Both the position numbers and the translations under genes were made by a program. The notes beneath the pieces are model-generated. The model had not been told where the DNA came from and did not search any database. It saw only the letters and a program-made list of their open reading frames with translations. 64,000 nt of DNA from Candidatus Thorarchaeota archaeon. GTDB lineage: Archaea; Asgardarchaeota; Thorarchaeia; Thorarchaeales; Thorarchaeaceae. Shown piece after piece: positions 48,228 to 59,401 of the stretch. The first letter of the stretch is position 1, and each line of letters opens with the position of its first letter. The stretch lies in NCBI GenBank assembly GCA_029858305.1, contig JAOUFI010000002.1:53369-117368 (forward strand). Reading direction: 5' to 3'.

Positions 48228-51200
48228 ATGACATCATCTGAATCAAGATTTAGACCAATTGCACGAGAATATTCTGGAAGACACTCGTATCTGTTGAAAT
48301 GGAGTGTGATCTTCATCACTCTCCTATTACTTATGGTTCCATCCTCAGACATGGGCATGGTGCAACCCATTGATACAGAAGATGTCAGTCTTATGGATAA
48401 TAGTTATTCAACAGCATCCAACTTCATCAGAGTTAAGCTACCATATCAGGTGTTCTCAATTGCGCCGGGGAATATCCCAATAGGATCTGGATTCGCTTAT
48501 GTACATGAAGAAACAATACGTTTCAAGGACCCGATTAACCAATTGAATGACTCACTTTCAATCGGACTTGGTGATGTTTTTCATGAAACACTTACAGGAG
48601 CTGACATAGATGGTGATGGTTACACTGAATTTCTATTCATCAAATTCAATGTAAGTGAGCGACTAGTAGTAGCTGATTTTGATGATAGGTCTGTTAAAGA
48701 CTACGACTGTCCGGTACCAGGTCCTTTAGAGATCATCTTTGGTAACTTTACAGCTGATACTCGGACTGATGCTGCTATCTATAGTATGGATTTGATTGTG
48801 ATGATAGATTTGAGTGATGGAAGTCCCATTGGATCCTATAATCCAATAGCAGAGATAAAACGTGCTACTGCAGGGAATTTCTCCGTTACATCGCAAGATG
48901 AGATAGCAATTCTAAGTACTGATTGGGGCATCTCAAAAGTCAATGTCGAAACAATAAGAAGTGATGGTTCACCAGTTCTATGGACGGAGTATCCATACAA
49001 GTCCATAGCCAGTGATATGATAATTCACTCCAAACGAAGCGAAACAGATGACCTAGCCATCACTCTGACAAACCAAGAGTTGGGAAGCAGTGAACTTGTA
49101 GGGATCTATGGTAATAATCTGACTGCTAGCTTTGTTAGAAAGATTCCAGATTATTATGGAGAAAATTACATCAAAACAGGCTCTTTCAATGATGATTCAA
49201 TAGATGATCTTGTAGTTGTACCAAATATGCGATTTGCAGCATGGTTCTTCGATGGGAATTATGGTACACTAATTAGACAAACACAAGAGGAGGTAACATG
49301 TTACTGGTCGCGAGGATTTGATGTAGGGCTTTTAGATTCGGATTCTTACTCAGATTTGGCTGTTGAGGGCCCGCGAGGCCAGTTGACATTAATGAGAGGA
49401 AGTAATGGAGCGACTGGATATGAAGAGAATCGGCTTCCGGGACCATTTCATCAAGTTATTTCATTTGATATGAATGATGATGGAAGGGAGGATATCATAA
49501 CATTATTGGACACTGTGTCCATTCTTTTGAGTGATACAGAAACACCTAATGTCGTCTTGGATCCGCTATATCCTATCCATCCAACCATCTATGACACTTA
49601 TATGAAAATTGAACTCACAGCAACTGATAATATCCGCGTTGAACGTGCAACAATATACATCATGACAGCAATGGGAGGACCTGTCACTTCATTCATTCCA
49701 AATGAGATGATCAAAGCTCCTAATGACAAATACATCTATATCACCACGGATCTGCAAGCGGGAGAATATTTCTACTATATTGAGATTATCGATGCATATC
49801 TTAATTCATTCTCTTATGGGAATGAAACTAATCCTGAAACTCTCAATGTTGAAGACCATTTTGCAGAAGGTTTCTTCTTCAATGCAACAATAGACCATGC
49901 AATGGGACATGTCTTGGCGCGTGGCAACAATTCGATGGGTGAAGAACTTATTCACATCATCACCATAGGATCAACAACAACAAGGGTCGCTACACTCAGA
50001 ACATTTGCACCCAATGGCACAACTATTTCAGAGGCTTTGCTTGGAAATATAGGCTCGTACGACAGTCTTGAGGTCTACTCGGGTATTCATGACGGGGACA
50101 CAATTTTAGATCCTGTTGTCGTAAGGTACAACTTTACGCACACGTCCTTCTATGTGATACATGGAAGTGATATGACGCCTTGGAAGAATGTAACCTACAA
50201 AAGCATACCTTCGTTGGAGGAAGAGTCGATTCAGGTATTCGATGATGATCTTGATGGATTCGATGAGATTCATTATGTTGAAGGGAACTACTCTTCATAT
50301 CTTGGAATTAGAAGAATTGAACATGATTTTTCAGGTGCTATTAGTAGAGGTTTATTATCCGATGATGGCGTAATAGGAATGGCACATTCCACGATTGTAG
50401 GACCAAGACCTCAAATAGCGATTCTAAGGGATAGTAATAGAGTAGATATCTATCAAGCCTACAACCTGACACGACTTAAAACCCTTAACTATACTTCTCC
50501 CGGTTCGACAGTCGGAGACATGCCTCTTGGAATTATTCAGTATAAGAATTCGACACATGCGAGCGGGCAATTCGTAGTTGGATATAGTGGTTGGTCAGGC
50601 GATACACCTACAATTTACTTCTGCTTTATCGACTATCAAACACTGCAGGTAGGCGATCATCCGTATACAGAATTGTTCGGAGACCACATCAAAGGAGTAT
50701 TTCCCTATGATATCGATATCGATGGGATTGACGAATTATTTGTCTTTGAGGAATCAGGTAACATTTCACTATGTGAATTGGCAGAAGCAACACCAAGACA
50801 GTGGTCTGTCTTTGTCAGTGAAGCGTTCCCAACAAGTGAAATCGTCTTGGACTTTGATGGAGACGGTGAAGAGGAGTTTCTAATTGCAACATCAGATGAT
50901 CAACTTACAGCCATCAGTTTCCATGGATTGATTGACTATCAAGCTCAAGTTGGCATGATATTCAATATGGTTAGAGCAGGCAACATCGATGTCGGTGTTG
51001 GTGAAGATATCGCTGCGTATCCAGTACTTCGTGCCCGTTATAGTCTCGGAACAATCCGTAATATAGACCTCCTGTATGTTCTAAATACTACCTTGTCATT
51101 AGAATCCAGCACAACTCTTCAGGGCAGCAACATATGGGCAAATGTCACAGTCTTGAATGCTTATAATGAAGCAATTTCCGATTCAGTGGTTTCACTAGTA

Positions 51201-54200
51201 GCTGAATACAAGTTCGGAACTGGAACAACCCAACAAACGCTTGGCCTTATCTATGACGACATGTTGCAGCTTTACACAACCAATATTGCTCCCAATTGGC
51301 CAATAGGCATGGTGAACCTCACACTCAATATAAATCATGATTACTACGACCCATTTCATCAATTCTACGTAGATGCACTAAGAGTGGAGTCACCTTTGAC
51401 CATCTCCATTATTCGCGAACCTGAGATTCTACAAGGAAATGATCTTGGAGTCAACATCACAGTGACTGATAGTCTTGGTGCAAATGTGCCATATGCAAAT
51501 GTAACTATGACATTTGATGGTACTGAGTTTGTAGCAACTCATATCGGGCAATTCTACTTTATAGCTATACCTAACGTAACAAAGGCGCCGGGGAGCTATG
51601 GATTATTGGTTTCTGCGAATCATAGCTATGCAACAAATATCAAGTATCAATCCAGCACTGTTTCTATTATTGCTAATACTCTGAATATAGAGAGAAGTTC
51701 TCCCATTCAAGTAAATCAAGACCAGCAGTTTGTCATATGGCTTAACATTACTGATACATACGGTAATTCCATCGGTAGCGCAGATGTGAGAATCAGTTTT
51801 GATGGTAATGAGTACCCATTAAGTGAAATCGAGCCGGGAAGGTATCTTCTAAATACTGCAGCTGCATTGCCAGTTGGCAATTATACAGCCAAGATAACCG
51901 TAGAACATCCTTATGTGGAGGGAAGAAACTTTGGCCAATTTTATATGGTAATCACGGGAGACCTTTATCCTGTAGTCAATTATGTCTCTTCAGTTACTGG
52001 TGGAGAGAACTTCACAGTCTCTATATTCATCTATGATTCATATGGAGCCTTTCCGGATGGTGCTTGGGCAATTGTTGAGCTAGATGAAAGCAACTTTACC
52101 GCCCTACATATTTCGGGTGCTGAATTTCGCGTGGCACTAAATGCTTCATTGGCTATTGGGCATCAAAGCTTCATTGTATATGTTGGATCTGATTTTGGAA
52201 ATCAAAGAACTGACTATCATGACCTCTATGTTTACTCGTCTGCAAACATGTATCTTGACTCTTCGCTTGGGTGGATCTTAAATCAGGGGGACTCGGCATT
52301 TCTGACCTTAACGCTAGCAGACTGGAATGGAAATCCAGTTACCGGTGCAACCGTCACGATGCTTAGTCCAGACAGCTTAGCGTTTATTGACAATTTGGAT
52401 GGAACATATTCAGTAACATTAGACACTGATGGATACACCCCAGGCAACTATTCATTGATTGTATATGCAAACCATCTCTACTTGATTGAGGCAGACCTGT
52501 ATACGATTCTAACAGTAAATGGTCAAGCTGCAGTCGATGCAGAGATACCAGAGTTTGTCTGGAACCATCTACCAGTGACCATGTATTTCGCAGTCGTTGA
52601 TATTTATGGAAATCCACTATCAGACTTCAATTACACGCTTACCTTTGCTGGAACTTATTCCAAAACAGGGACATCAGATTGGTATCAGCTGAGCTGGGAA
52701 TTCGCCCCAAACCTCTATCCTGGATCATATCCACTTGATATTGTAGTAGATGGTGATTTTGTTTCACACTATGAACATACAATATGGGTCAGTGTGAAGG
52801 GAGCTCAAAATTCAGTTATATTATCACCCTTAAATGGTTCAATAATTTCTCAGGGTAATCAAATTAACTTTACAGTTTTTGTCGAAGATTTGAGCGGCTA
52901 TGACATCTCAGGTTGCCAAGTGACTGTTACAATCCACGGTAGTACATACATCCTAACCGAAGGAGTCAATGGTGTATACTCTAGGAATATACCAACAGCA
53001 GGATTTCCATTAGGTCGATATAGTGCAATAGTACGAGTCACTCAGACATATCTGGACTCTCAAGAGACTTCCATGTCTGTTTCGCTAAAGGGATTTGCTG
53101 ATGTCAAACTATCATACTCGCCAAGTCCAGTACAAAACAAATACAACGTGACATTTAATTTCACAGTGACAGACCAATATGGAAATCCATTAACTGGATA
53201 TAATTATACATTGGACTTTGCGGGAGTATATAATCGAACAGGAACCTCAGTTTACTATCGGTTATCTTGGACAGTAGATCCAAGTTTCACTCCTGGTATG
53301 TACTTTCTTAATATGACACTGAATGGAACATATTTAGTCTATTCGACATTCAACTTCAGTATTGATGTTCAGGGAGTAGTTTCCGCAACTATTCTCACGC
53401 CAACAAACTTTGAGGCATTTTCTCAGGGATCTGCAATTCAATTTACTGTCCATTTGCAGGATGACCAATTCTTCAACATAACAGGGGCTGACGTAGAACT
53501 AAACTTGCTTGGTAATACTTTCGCTCTGACAGAAACCTCTCTTGGCATCTACACAGTGATGATTGCTACTACCCAATTGCCTCTCGGAGAATACACTGCA
53601 AAGATTACAGCATCCCAAGGATTCATGGATACTTTAACAGCTTATGTGCACTTCTCAATCACAGGCAGTGCTCATATTACAGTGGTAACCAATCCAACGG
53701 TAGTGCTGAACTACGAGAATGTGACATTTGATATTAGCGTTCTTGATCAATGGGGCAATCCGATTTACATATTTGATTACATATTTGATTTTGGAGGTGT
53801 CTATAGTATATCAGGAACCTCTACTTCATCTCTCAGATCTTGGAGAATACTACCAAATCTTGTACCTGGGCTCTATGTCCTAAATATTACTGTTGCAGGA
53901 GCACACTTTCCATCTGAAACCGTACTTGTAGATATTTACTTACGGAGTAGCACTATCGCATCAGTGTTGTCTCCTCTAAATGAAAGCCAATACATTCAAG
54001 GTTCAGAAGACATCATTTTCACATTGAATCTTGAAGATATCATTGGCAATGTAATGATAGGAGGATCAGTTTCAGTTCTAATACACGACTCATTCTATAT
54101 TCTGACGGACCTAGGCAATGGTACATACTCAACATTGGTATCAACGGATGGCTGGGCAGCAGGTCTGCATAATTACACATTAATGGTCACTCATAGTTTC

Positions 54201-55733
54201 CTATCACAAGATGTAGCTATTAGAGGTTCGATTGAGATACTAGCGGAGCTTCTTTTCAGGATTGAATATACTCCAGAACAGCCTGTTAAGGGACAATATG
54301 TTAACATCACTATCGAAGTCACAGACAAATATGGGAATCCCATGTCTGGTCTATCTGTATATGTAACATTTCGTAATCATACAGAAATGGCGATAGAAAC
54401 ATCCCAAAAGGGCACTTACTTCACCAGATTTGTGGTAACGGGAACAGGATTTGGTGATGATACGATTACAGTCAATGCGGAAGGAATCGAATGTATCGCA
54501 GGAGTAGGAAGTGTGCCTGCATATGTGGTTGTGCCAGCGCCAGAGCTCTCCTTCGACATGCAGAACTTTGGATTCATAGCTCTAGGTTCGTTCCTTATTA
54601 GTTTCTTCGGACTACTTCTTTACTTCAAAATCGCGTCTGGGTTATCCATCACAAGGGGGTCTCAAGCTCAGCTGACGCGTGGAATTCGGAGGTTGGACTA
54701 TCTCTACCTTGGTGTAGTTGCGCTTGCAGGATTAACTGTTATTCATTCATATTTATCTGCAGCAGCAGGCAGCTATGATCTCGCAGTATTGGAAAGCGTG
54801 CTTTTGCTTGGAATTTCGCTAATCCTATATGGCATATGGCTCTATAGAGATGCCACATCAACAATTCTCCAGTCACAAGCTGTTAGTCGGAGAAGGATGG
54901 TACTTGGCCTCTGGCACCTAATATTTGTCCCCTTTGTTGTTATGCAGATATTTGATTGGGGTGCAAACATTGAATGGCTTAATTACTATATACTGCAGAA
55001 TGTGTTCCATCTTGGTGAACTTGCAATCCCAACCATAATGCTAACTATCTTCGCGGCATATATTTCATCTATTGTAATAGTTGTTGTAAATCTCTACAGA
55101 GAGATGAGCAAAGGACTTTCTAGGATTGGAGAGATGGCGGTACTTGGTACACCTCCCATTGTCGTGGAGCAAGAGTGTGTAGATTTAGTTGAAAAACTTG
55201 GATCGTCAATACGTACTAAATTCTTCATGTTCCTTGTAGTTTTGGCAGGTACATCAGTACTGACAATGGATTTCCTCAAGAGCTATTCCCTTGGTGTCAT
55301 CGTACTTATGCCAGTCGTATTCTTGATCGTTGTCCCATATGTTTCTTCCAAGATGGCAAGAGGCATAGCAAATGTGTCAGATAGTCGACGTGAAAGACAT
55401 AGAGAAGACAAGACAATTGCTGAGATTGCTGATGAAGGGATTGATGCTGGTACATCTTTCGATGTCAAGCCATATTATGGTACAGAAACAGAGGTTGATT
55501 CTGCACATATTGAAACAGCTCCAGTTGAAGAAGAACATGAACCCGAAAAGGAAATTGAAGAATCAAAAGCAACTCGAGGTCTAACAAAGAAAGAACTAAT
55601 TGATCTTCTTCCCGAAAATGTGAAAGATTCGGTTGGTCTTGATGAATTGAAGAAACTCTCCAAAGACCAACTTGAAGCGCTTTTAGAACTTGAGGAAATG
55701 GGATCAAAGCCTGATGATGAAGAGAGATCGTAA
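48228..55733 (+). CDS. Giant surface protein: two FG-GAP/VCBS-type beta-propellers, about 12 Ig-like repeats, about 7 C-terminal TM helices, acidic cytoplasmic tail
   Basis: Signal/anchor, repeated D.DGDG..E/D motifs, beta-rich repeats, seven hydrophobic segments at about 54560-55350. Confidence 0.85.
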   Translation: MTSSESRFRPIAREYSGRHSYLLKWSVIFITLLLLMVPSSDMGMVQPIDTEDVSLMDNSYSTASNFIRVKLPYQVFSIAPGNIPIGSGFAYVHEETIRFKDPINQLNDSLSIGLGDVFHETLTGADIDGDGYTEFLFIKFNVSERLVVADFDDRSVKDYDCPVPGPLEIIFGNFTADTRTDAAIYSMDLIVMIDLSDGSPIGSYNPIAEIKRATAGNFSVTSQDEIAILSTDWGISKVNVETIRSDGSPVLWTEYPYKSIASDMIIHSKRSETDDLAITLTNQELGSSELVGIYGNNLTASFVRKIPDYYGENYIKTGSFNDDSIDDLVVVPNMRFAAWFFDGNYGTLIRQTQEEVTCYWSRGFDVGLLDSDSYSDLAVEGPRGQLTLMRGSNGATGYEENRLPGPFHQVISFDMNDDGREDIITLLDTVSILLSDTETPNVVLDPLYPIHPTIYDTYMKIELTATDNIRVERATIYIMTAMGGPVTSFIPNEMIKAPNDKYIYITTDLQAGEYFYYIEIIDAYLNSFSYGNETNPETLNVEDHFAEGFFFNATIDHAMGHVLARGNNSMGEELIHIITIGSTTTRVATLRTFAPNGTTISEALLGNIGSYDSLEVYSGIHDGDTILDPVVVRYNFTHTSFYVIHGSDMTPWKNVTYKSIPSLEEESIQVFDDDLDGFDEIHYVEGNYSSYLGIRRIEHDFSGAISRGLLSDDGVIGMAHSTIVGPRPQIAILRDSNRVDIYQAYNLTRLKTLNYTSPGSTVGDMPLGIIQYKNSTHASGQFVVGYSGWSGDTPTIYFCFIDYQTLQVGDHPYTELFGDHIKGVFPYDIDIDGIDELFVFEESGNISLCELAEATPRQWSVFVSEAFPTSEIVLDFDGDGEEEFLIATSDDQLTAISFHGLIDYQAQVGMIFNMVRAGNIDVGVGEDIAAYPVLRARYSLGTIRNIDLLYVLNTTLSLESSTTLQGSNIWANVTVLNAYNEAISDSVVSLVAEYKFGTGTTQQTLGLIYDDMLQLYTTNIAPNWPIGMVNLTLNINHDYYDPFHQFYVDALRVESPLTISIIREPEILQGNDLGVNITVTDSLGANVPYANVTMTFDGTEFVATHIGQFYFIAIPNVTKAPGSYGLLVSANHSYATNIKYQSSTVSIIANTLNIERSSPIQVNQDQQFVIWLNITDTYGNSIGSADVRISFDGNEYPLSEIEPGRYLLNTAAALPVGNYTAKITVEHPYVEGRNFGQFYMVITGDLYPVVNYVSSVTGGENFTVSIFIYDSYGAFPDGAWAIVELDESNFTALHISGAEFRVALNASLAIGHQSFIVYVGSDFGNQRTDYHDLYVYSSANMYLDSSLGWILNQGDSAFLTLTLADWNGNPVTGATVTMLSPDSLAFIDNLDGTYSVTLDTDGYTPGNYSLIVYANHLYLIEADLYTILTVNGQAAVDAEIPEFVWNHLPVTMYFAVVDIYGNPLSDFNYTLTFAGTYSKTGTSDWYQLSWEFAPNLYPGSYPLDIVVDGDFVSHYEHTIWVSVKGAQNSVILSPLNGSIISQGNQINFTVFVEDLSGYDISGCQVTVTIHGSTYILTEGVNGVYSRNIPTAGFPLGRYSAIVRVTQTYLDSQETSMSVSLKGFADVKLSYSPSPVQNKYNVTFNFTVTDQYGNPLTGYNYTLDFAGVYNRTGTSVYYRLSWTVDPSFTPGMYFLNMTLNGTYLVYSTFNFSIDVQGVVSATILTPTNFEAFSQGSAIQFTVHLQDDQFFNITGADVELNLLGNTFALTETSLGIYTVMIATTQLPLGEYTAKITASQGFMDTLTAYVHFSITGSAHITVVTNPTVVLNYENVTFDISVLDQWGNPIYIFDYIFDFGGVYSISGTSTSSLRSWRILPNLVPGLYVLNITVAGAHFPSETVLVDIYLRSSTIASVLSPLNESQYIQGSEDIIFTLNLEDIIGNVMIGGSVSVLIHDSFYILTDLGNGTYSTLVSTDGWAAGLHNYTLMVTHSFLSQDVAIRGSIEILAELLFRIEYTPEQPVKGQYVNITIEVTDKYGNPMSGLSVYVTFRNHTEMAIETSQKGTYFTRFVVTGTGFGDDTITVNAEGIECIAGVGSVPAYVVVPAPELSFDMQNFGFIALGSFLISFFGLLLYFKIASGLSITRGSQAQLTRGIRRLDYLYLGVVALAGLTVIHSYLSAAAGSYDLAVLESVLLLGISLILYGIWLYRDATSTILQSQAVSRRRMVLGLWHLIFVPFVVMQIFDWGANIEWLNYYILQNVFHLGELAIPTIMLTIFAAYISSIVIVVVNLYREMSKGLSRIGEMAVLGTPPIVVEQECVDLVEKLGSSIRTKFFMFLVVLAGTSVLTMDFLKSYSLGVIVLMPVVFLIVVPYVSSKMARGIANVSDSRRERHREDKTIAEIADEGIDAGTSFDVKPYYGTETEVDSAHIETAPVEEEHEPEKEIEESKATRGLTKKELIDLLPENVKDSVGLDELKKLSKDQLEALLELEEMGSKPDDEERS

Positions 55734-55806
55734 TTCCTGAACTGAGGAAAAACCTCAAAGCCTCTCTTTCTCATGATTTATAGGAGTGTAGTGTAAATCA
55801 AAATGT

Positions 55807-56502
55807 ATGCAAGTCTTTAGGGAAAAACCAATCAAGGATCTTCTCGTGATTCATATTATCTTCGCAGTAATCGCTGCAATAACACTCATCTTTCCATTTC
55901 CCCAGGCGTTAATAAGCGGAAAATTGCTTGTCCTTATTATTATCTATAATGGGTTAATTATCATTGAATTCTACTCAAAGGGATATGAGGATTGGAGGAG
56001 TATCTGGACCTTCAGTATTGTTCTCAGTTTACTCATGGTATTTCCTGATTGGTACCTATCGGAAACACTGAGTGCACTGCAGTTCTTTGATGATGGATTC
56101 CCTATGATCGGTAGTGCAATCCCAATCTATATGGCGGGACTCTGGGCTATTCCTTTCTTTATTATCATCTTTATCGCAAAGGAGATTCAAAAGAGGAAGT
56201 CACAGAAGATGGCGTATACTGTCGTGGCAATAGCTTCCCTCGTCATATTTAGCCTAGCAGAATTGACATTGGTTTACCTTCCGTCATGGACAGCCACTGT
56301 TATTGGCAAGACAGGGAATCTCGCATGGTATATTATTATTCCCGAGTTGCTACTAGGATTGTCAACATTCATTTGTTATGACTTTGTAAAAGACAAACAC
56401 ATATGGATGAAAATCATCGGTGCTTTTACAGTGATGGTTTTCTACATTGGAAATGCATCATTCTTCTATTTCATCATAGAGTCACTACTCTTAGGAGCAT
56501 GA
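55807..56502 (+). CDS. Multi-pass membrane protein (DUF6989-like)
   Basis: About 7 TM segments; MVFPDW.LS, P.YMAGLWAIP motif. Confidence 0.6.
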   Translation: MQVFREKPIKDLLVIHIIFAVIAAITLIFPFPQALISGKLLVLIIIYNGLIIIEFYSKGYEDWRSIWTFSIVLSLLMVFPDWYLSETLSALQFFDDGFPMIGSAIPIYMAGLWAIPFFIIIFIAKEIQKRKSQKMAYTVVAIASLVIFSLAELTLVYLPSWTATVIGKTGNLAWYIIIPELLLGLSTFICYDFVKDKHIWMKIIGAFTVMVFYIGNASFFYFIIESLLLGA

Positions 56503-56557
56503 CCATAATCCTGCAGGTAGGAGAACCTCGATTGGGATACAGATTCGCAGTCAAGTA

Positions 56558-57283
56558 TCATTTTCTGGATATAGCTATTGGCTGAAACACATCATTATAG
56601 ACAATATAGTATGTAAAAAGTATCGAACCTTCTTTACTCCTAGAACAGGATTCGATCATATCACCATTTGAGAAATCCGAAACATGAAGTGTGTGAGGCA
56701 ATCTCTTTCTATTTACACCGAATTTTACACTGACTCCAAGGATTTGCGAATTATAACACCCTTCCCCTTTGGGTGTTGCAATTTCATCTACAATTTCCTC
56801 ATCTCGAGCTAGTCGACCCTTTCTCTTCAAAATATACCTAAGAAACTCTTTCTCAAGCATGAGCGGGCTGCGATCAAAACGGTCTGCATAATAGTCGTCA
56901 ATAGAGTCTCCTTGTGGATCAGGCTCTTGTTCTCGTTTCCGCATTCTTTTCTCCAAATGCTCTGGAATTACACTAGGTCCATCTGGAATCTGAGTAGGAA
57001 ATGGCCATCCCAATTCATCAGCAATACTCGTTTCATACTTAAGCCCAAATCCCTCAATGATGAACTCTTCACGACAAAGCACACATTCTAATTTAGTAAT
57101 TGTAAATCCAGCCGGACTCCGAGTTTGATCGGATCGACCAATATATATTTCCTCTTCGTCAAGAGCATACAAAGAACCGCCACACTTGGGACAGAATAAT
57201 TCATAGAGTATTGGACGTTTTTCTGGAATTCGATTCTCGTCATTCATCGCGGAGTCCTCTGGACAGTAGTATTCATCATTCAA
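56558..57283 (-). CDS. Hypothetical protein with N-terminal zinc ribbon
   Basis: CPKCGG...CVLCRE; start may be ATG 57247. Confidence 0.6.
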   Translation of the reverse strand: MNDEYYCPEDSAMNDENRIPEKRPILYELFCPKCGGSLYALDEEEIYIGRSDQTRSPAGFTITKLECVLCREEFIIEGFGLKYETSIADELGWPFPTQIPDGPSVIPEHLEKRMRKREQEPDPQGDSIDDYYADRFDRSPLMLEKEFLRYILKRKGRLARDEEIVDEIATPKGEGCYNSQILGVSVKFGVNRKRLPHTLHVSDFSNGDMIESCSRSKEGSILFTYYIVYNDVFQPIAISRK

Positions 57284-57372
57284 AATGCGTTTGCATTTTC
57301 AAATTGTGTCTTATGGTATGGAAATCGTGCGTTACATCAAATTGTTAATGATGCACATAAATAAAGAAAATT

Positions 57373-57398
57373 AGAGCTGGCAGAATTCTGCCAACTCT
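57373..57398 (-). terminator. Palindromic hairpin downstream of the MBL gene
   Basis: Perfect 16-bp palindrome TGGCAGAATTCTGCCA (57378-57393) with AGAG/CTCT extension, followed on the minus strand by a T-rich tract. Confidence 0.5.
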
Positions 57399-57416
57399 CA
57401 AATAATCTGTCCGGTA

Positions 57417-58205
57417 TTATAATTCAAAGGTGTGAGATGTAAAATGGTCTAGGTGGAAGGGATAACAATCTGGAACAACCTCTAGGATATCATCTTGATA
57501 GAACAGGATGAAATTCTCAGCACCATAGTTTGTGGTGTGAATTGGTAAGAAATTCCTAGCTTGAAGTTTATCAATTGCATCAACAACTTCACCATCTGCC
57601 ATTGACTGACATCCAGGTCCGAGAGGCAAAAGTGCCACATCAATCGTACCTGCGAGTTGAGTATACTCATTTATGTTCTTCGAATCGCCTGCATGGAAGA
57701 TTGTAAATCCTTTGTAATCAATGAGATAGCTTGTCCAATTTGCCTCCGGCGGGTGACTAGCCTCATAACCCTCAGGAGCTATGGTGTACATGTAAAATGC
57801 TCTGATAGTTATGCTACCAACAACCAAAGAATCGCCAGGAACGACTCCAGTAGCATCATGTAAGGCTACTTCAGCAGACATATTTGAAGGCATAACATTC
57901 ACTGTACTCTCTTTCTGTAGCATCTCGATGATTGTGCTATTGTAATGGTCACCATGCGGATGTGTGATCAGTACTGCATCTGCAGGGAGAGCTGAATAAT
58001 TCGAAGGTAATCCAATGGGATCGATGTAGATGCGTAATCCATCTGCCTCTATCATGACCCCAGCATTATCGAGTATAGTTAATTTAATTGTATCACCGGA
58101 TGAATCAAGTGGCCAGAATTGAGTCACTAATACCGCAGAACCTACGGCAGCCCCACCGAGGATTGCGATAAGAGCGATAACTCTGGTCTTATTTACTAAA
58201 CTCAT
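57417..58205 (-). CDS. Membrane-anchored MBL-fold metallo-hydrolase
   Basis: N-terminal TM, IYIDP, THPHGDH, FHAGDS, DVALLP, PIH; ATG 58205. Confidence 0.88.
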   Translation of the reverse strand: MSLVNKTRVIALIAILGGAAVGSAVLVTQFWPLDSSGDTIKLTILDNAGVMIEADGLRIYIDPIGLPSNYSALPADAVLITHPHGDHYNSTIIEMLQKESTVNVMPSNMSAEVALHDATGVVPGDSLVVGSITIRAFYMYTIAPEGYEASHPPEANWTSYLIDYKGFTIFHAGDSKNINEYTQLAGTIDVALLPLGPGCQSMADGEVVDAIDKLQARNFLPIHTTNYGAENFILFYQDDILEVVPDCYPFHLDHFTSHTFEL

Positions 58206-58319
58206 GCCTATTATGAAACTTGTTTGTTGGTATTTAAGATAAGGATTAACGCATCTATTCCTCATTCGTATGAACTACTTTCGTCTTCTGATGTTCCTCA
58301 AACGAATTTACAGAGATAT

Positions 58320-59177
58320 TCAGATTTCAACAGTTGGCGGTCCAGCTCTGATTCTGTCCCGAAGTACGACGATTTCTGCCCGCAAATCATTAATGTCCTC
58401 GAGCCACCAATTCGCACCGCTATCAATCCAAGGTGTTACTCTCTCTGTATCTTTATGAGAATCGACACCAGATGTTTCGCCACATACAACAACATCATAA
58501 TTGTTCAGATTTCCTCTCTCTGACTGCACTATCTGTAATATTTTTTGAAGGTGTTTAGTGGTGATTGGCTGTGGCCATTTAGAGTGGACAGGTGCGACTC
58601 CATCATAACGAGAAGCTCGCCGAAAGGGTGCTTTGAATGGCACACTTCCACCAACCCATATTGGAATTCGAGGTGTCTGTTTGGGCTTAGGCAAGAAAGT
58701 CATTGTTTCAAGATGGTAATGATTGCCATTGTAGGAGAATGGTTCTCCGGACCACAGTCCAGTTAGAATATCGAGGCTTTCATCAAGTTTCTGAGCACGT
58801 ACCCTAGCATCACTCTCCTCTCCAAAATACTCGAACTCAATCTCAGGTGGAGCACCAATCCCAACTCCGAGAGTGAGGCGTCCTTTTGATATATGATCGA
58901 GTGATAATGCCTCTCTTGCTACTTTCCAAGGCCTCCTTCTCGGTAGGGGGGTAACAAGGGGACCAAGTCGTATTCTCTTTGTATTGCATGCAATTGCTGT
59001 GAGTGCAATCCATGGATCAGCAAAGGGCAATACCATGTCCTCCTGTTTGAAGACAAGGAGATGATCCCATATGAAGAATCCATCCCATCCTGCATCCTCG
59101 ACCTCAGAGCCTATCTCGACAAGAGTATTGATGTCACCAAACTGACCAAAATTAGGAATGTTAATTCCGTATTTCAT
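58320..59177 (-). CDS. LLM-class flavin/F420-dependent oxidoreductase
   Basis: MKYGI..P, E..GWDGFFIWDH, DPW..L.AIA..T.RIRLG, LDH.SKGRL.LGVG.G, IPIWVGG; ATG 59177. Confidence 0.9.
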   Translation of the reverse strand: MKYGINIPNFGQFGDINTLVEIGSEVEDAGWDGFFIWDHLLVFKQEDMVLPFADPWIALTAIACNTKRIRLGPLVTPLPRRRPWKVAREALSLDHISKGRLTLGVGIGAPPEIEFEYFGEESDARVRAQKLDESLDILTGLWSGEPFSYNGNHYHLETMTFLPKPKQTPRIPIWVGGSVPFKAPFRRASRYDGVAPVHSKWPQPITTKHLQKILQIVQSERGNLNNYDVVVCGETSGVDSHKDTERVTPWIDSGANWWLEDINDLRAEIVVLRDRIRAGPPTVEI

Positions 59178-59401
59178 ATCCTTTCCCTTATCATCATAGG
59201 ATTCTAACCTGAGATAAGACGGCTTTCCTCGGAAATTTTGAGTGAAGTTAGTATGGATGAATTGGAGAATAAGATTCAGAACATGTTTTCTCGTCCTATT
59301 CGAAGGTAAATCAAAAAAATGACTAGTTATGATAAGGCAAGTTTCCACTCCAAGGCTCAGTTTTATCTAGCCATAGAGCCCATCGCTAATTGATTATAGC
59401 A

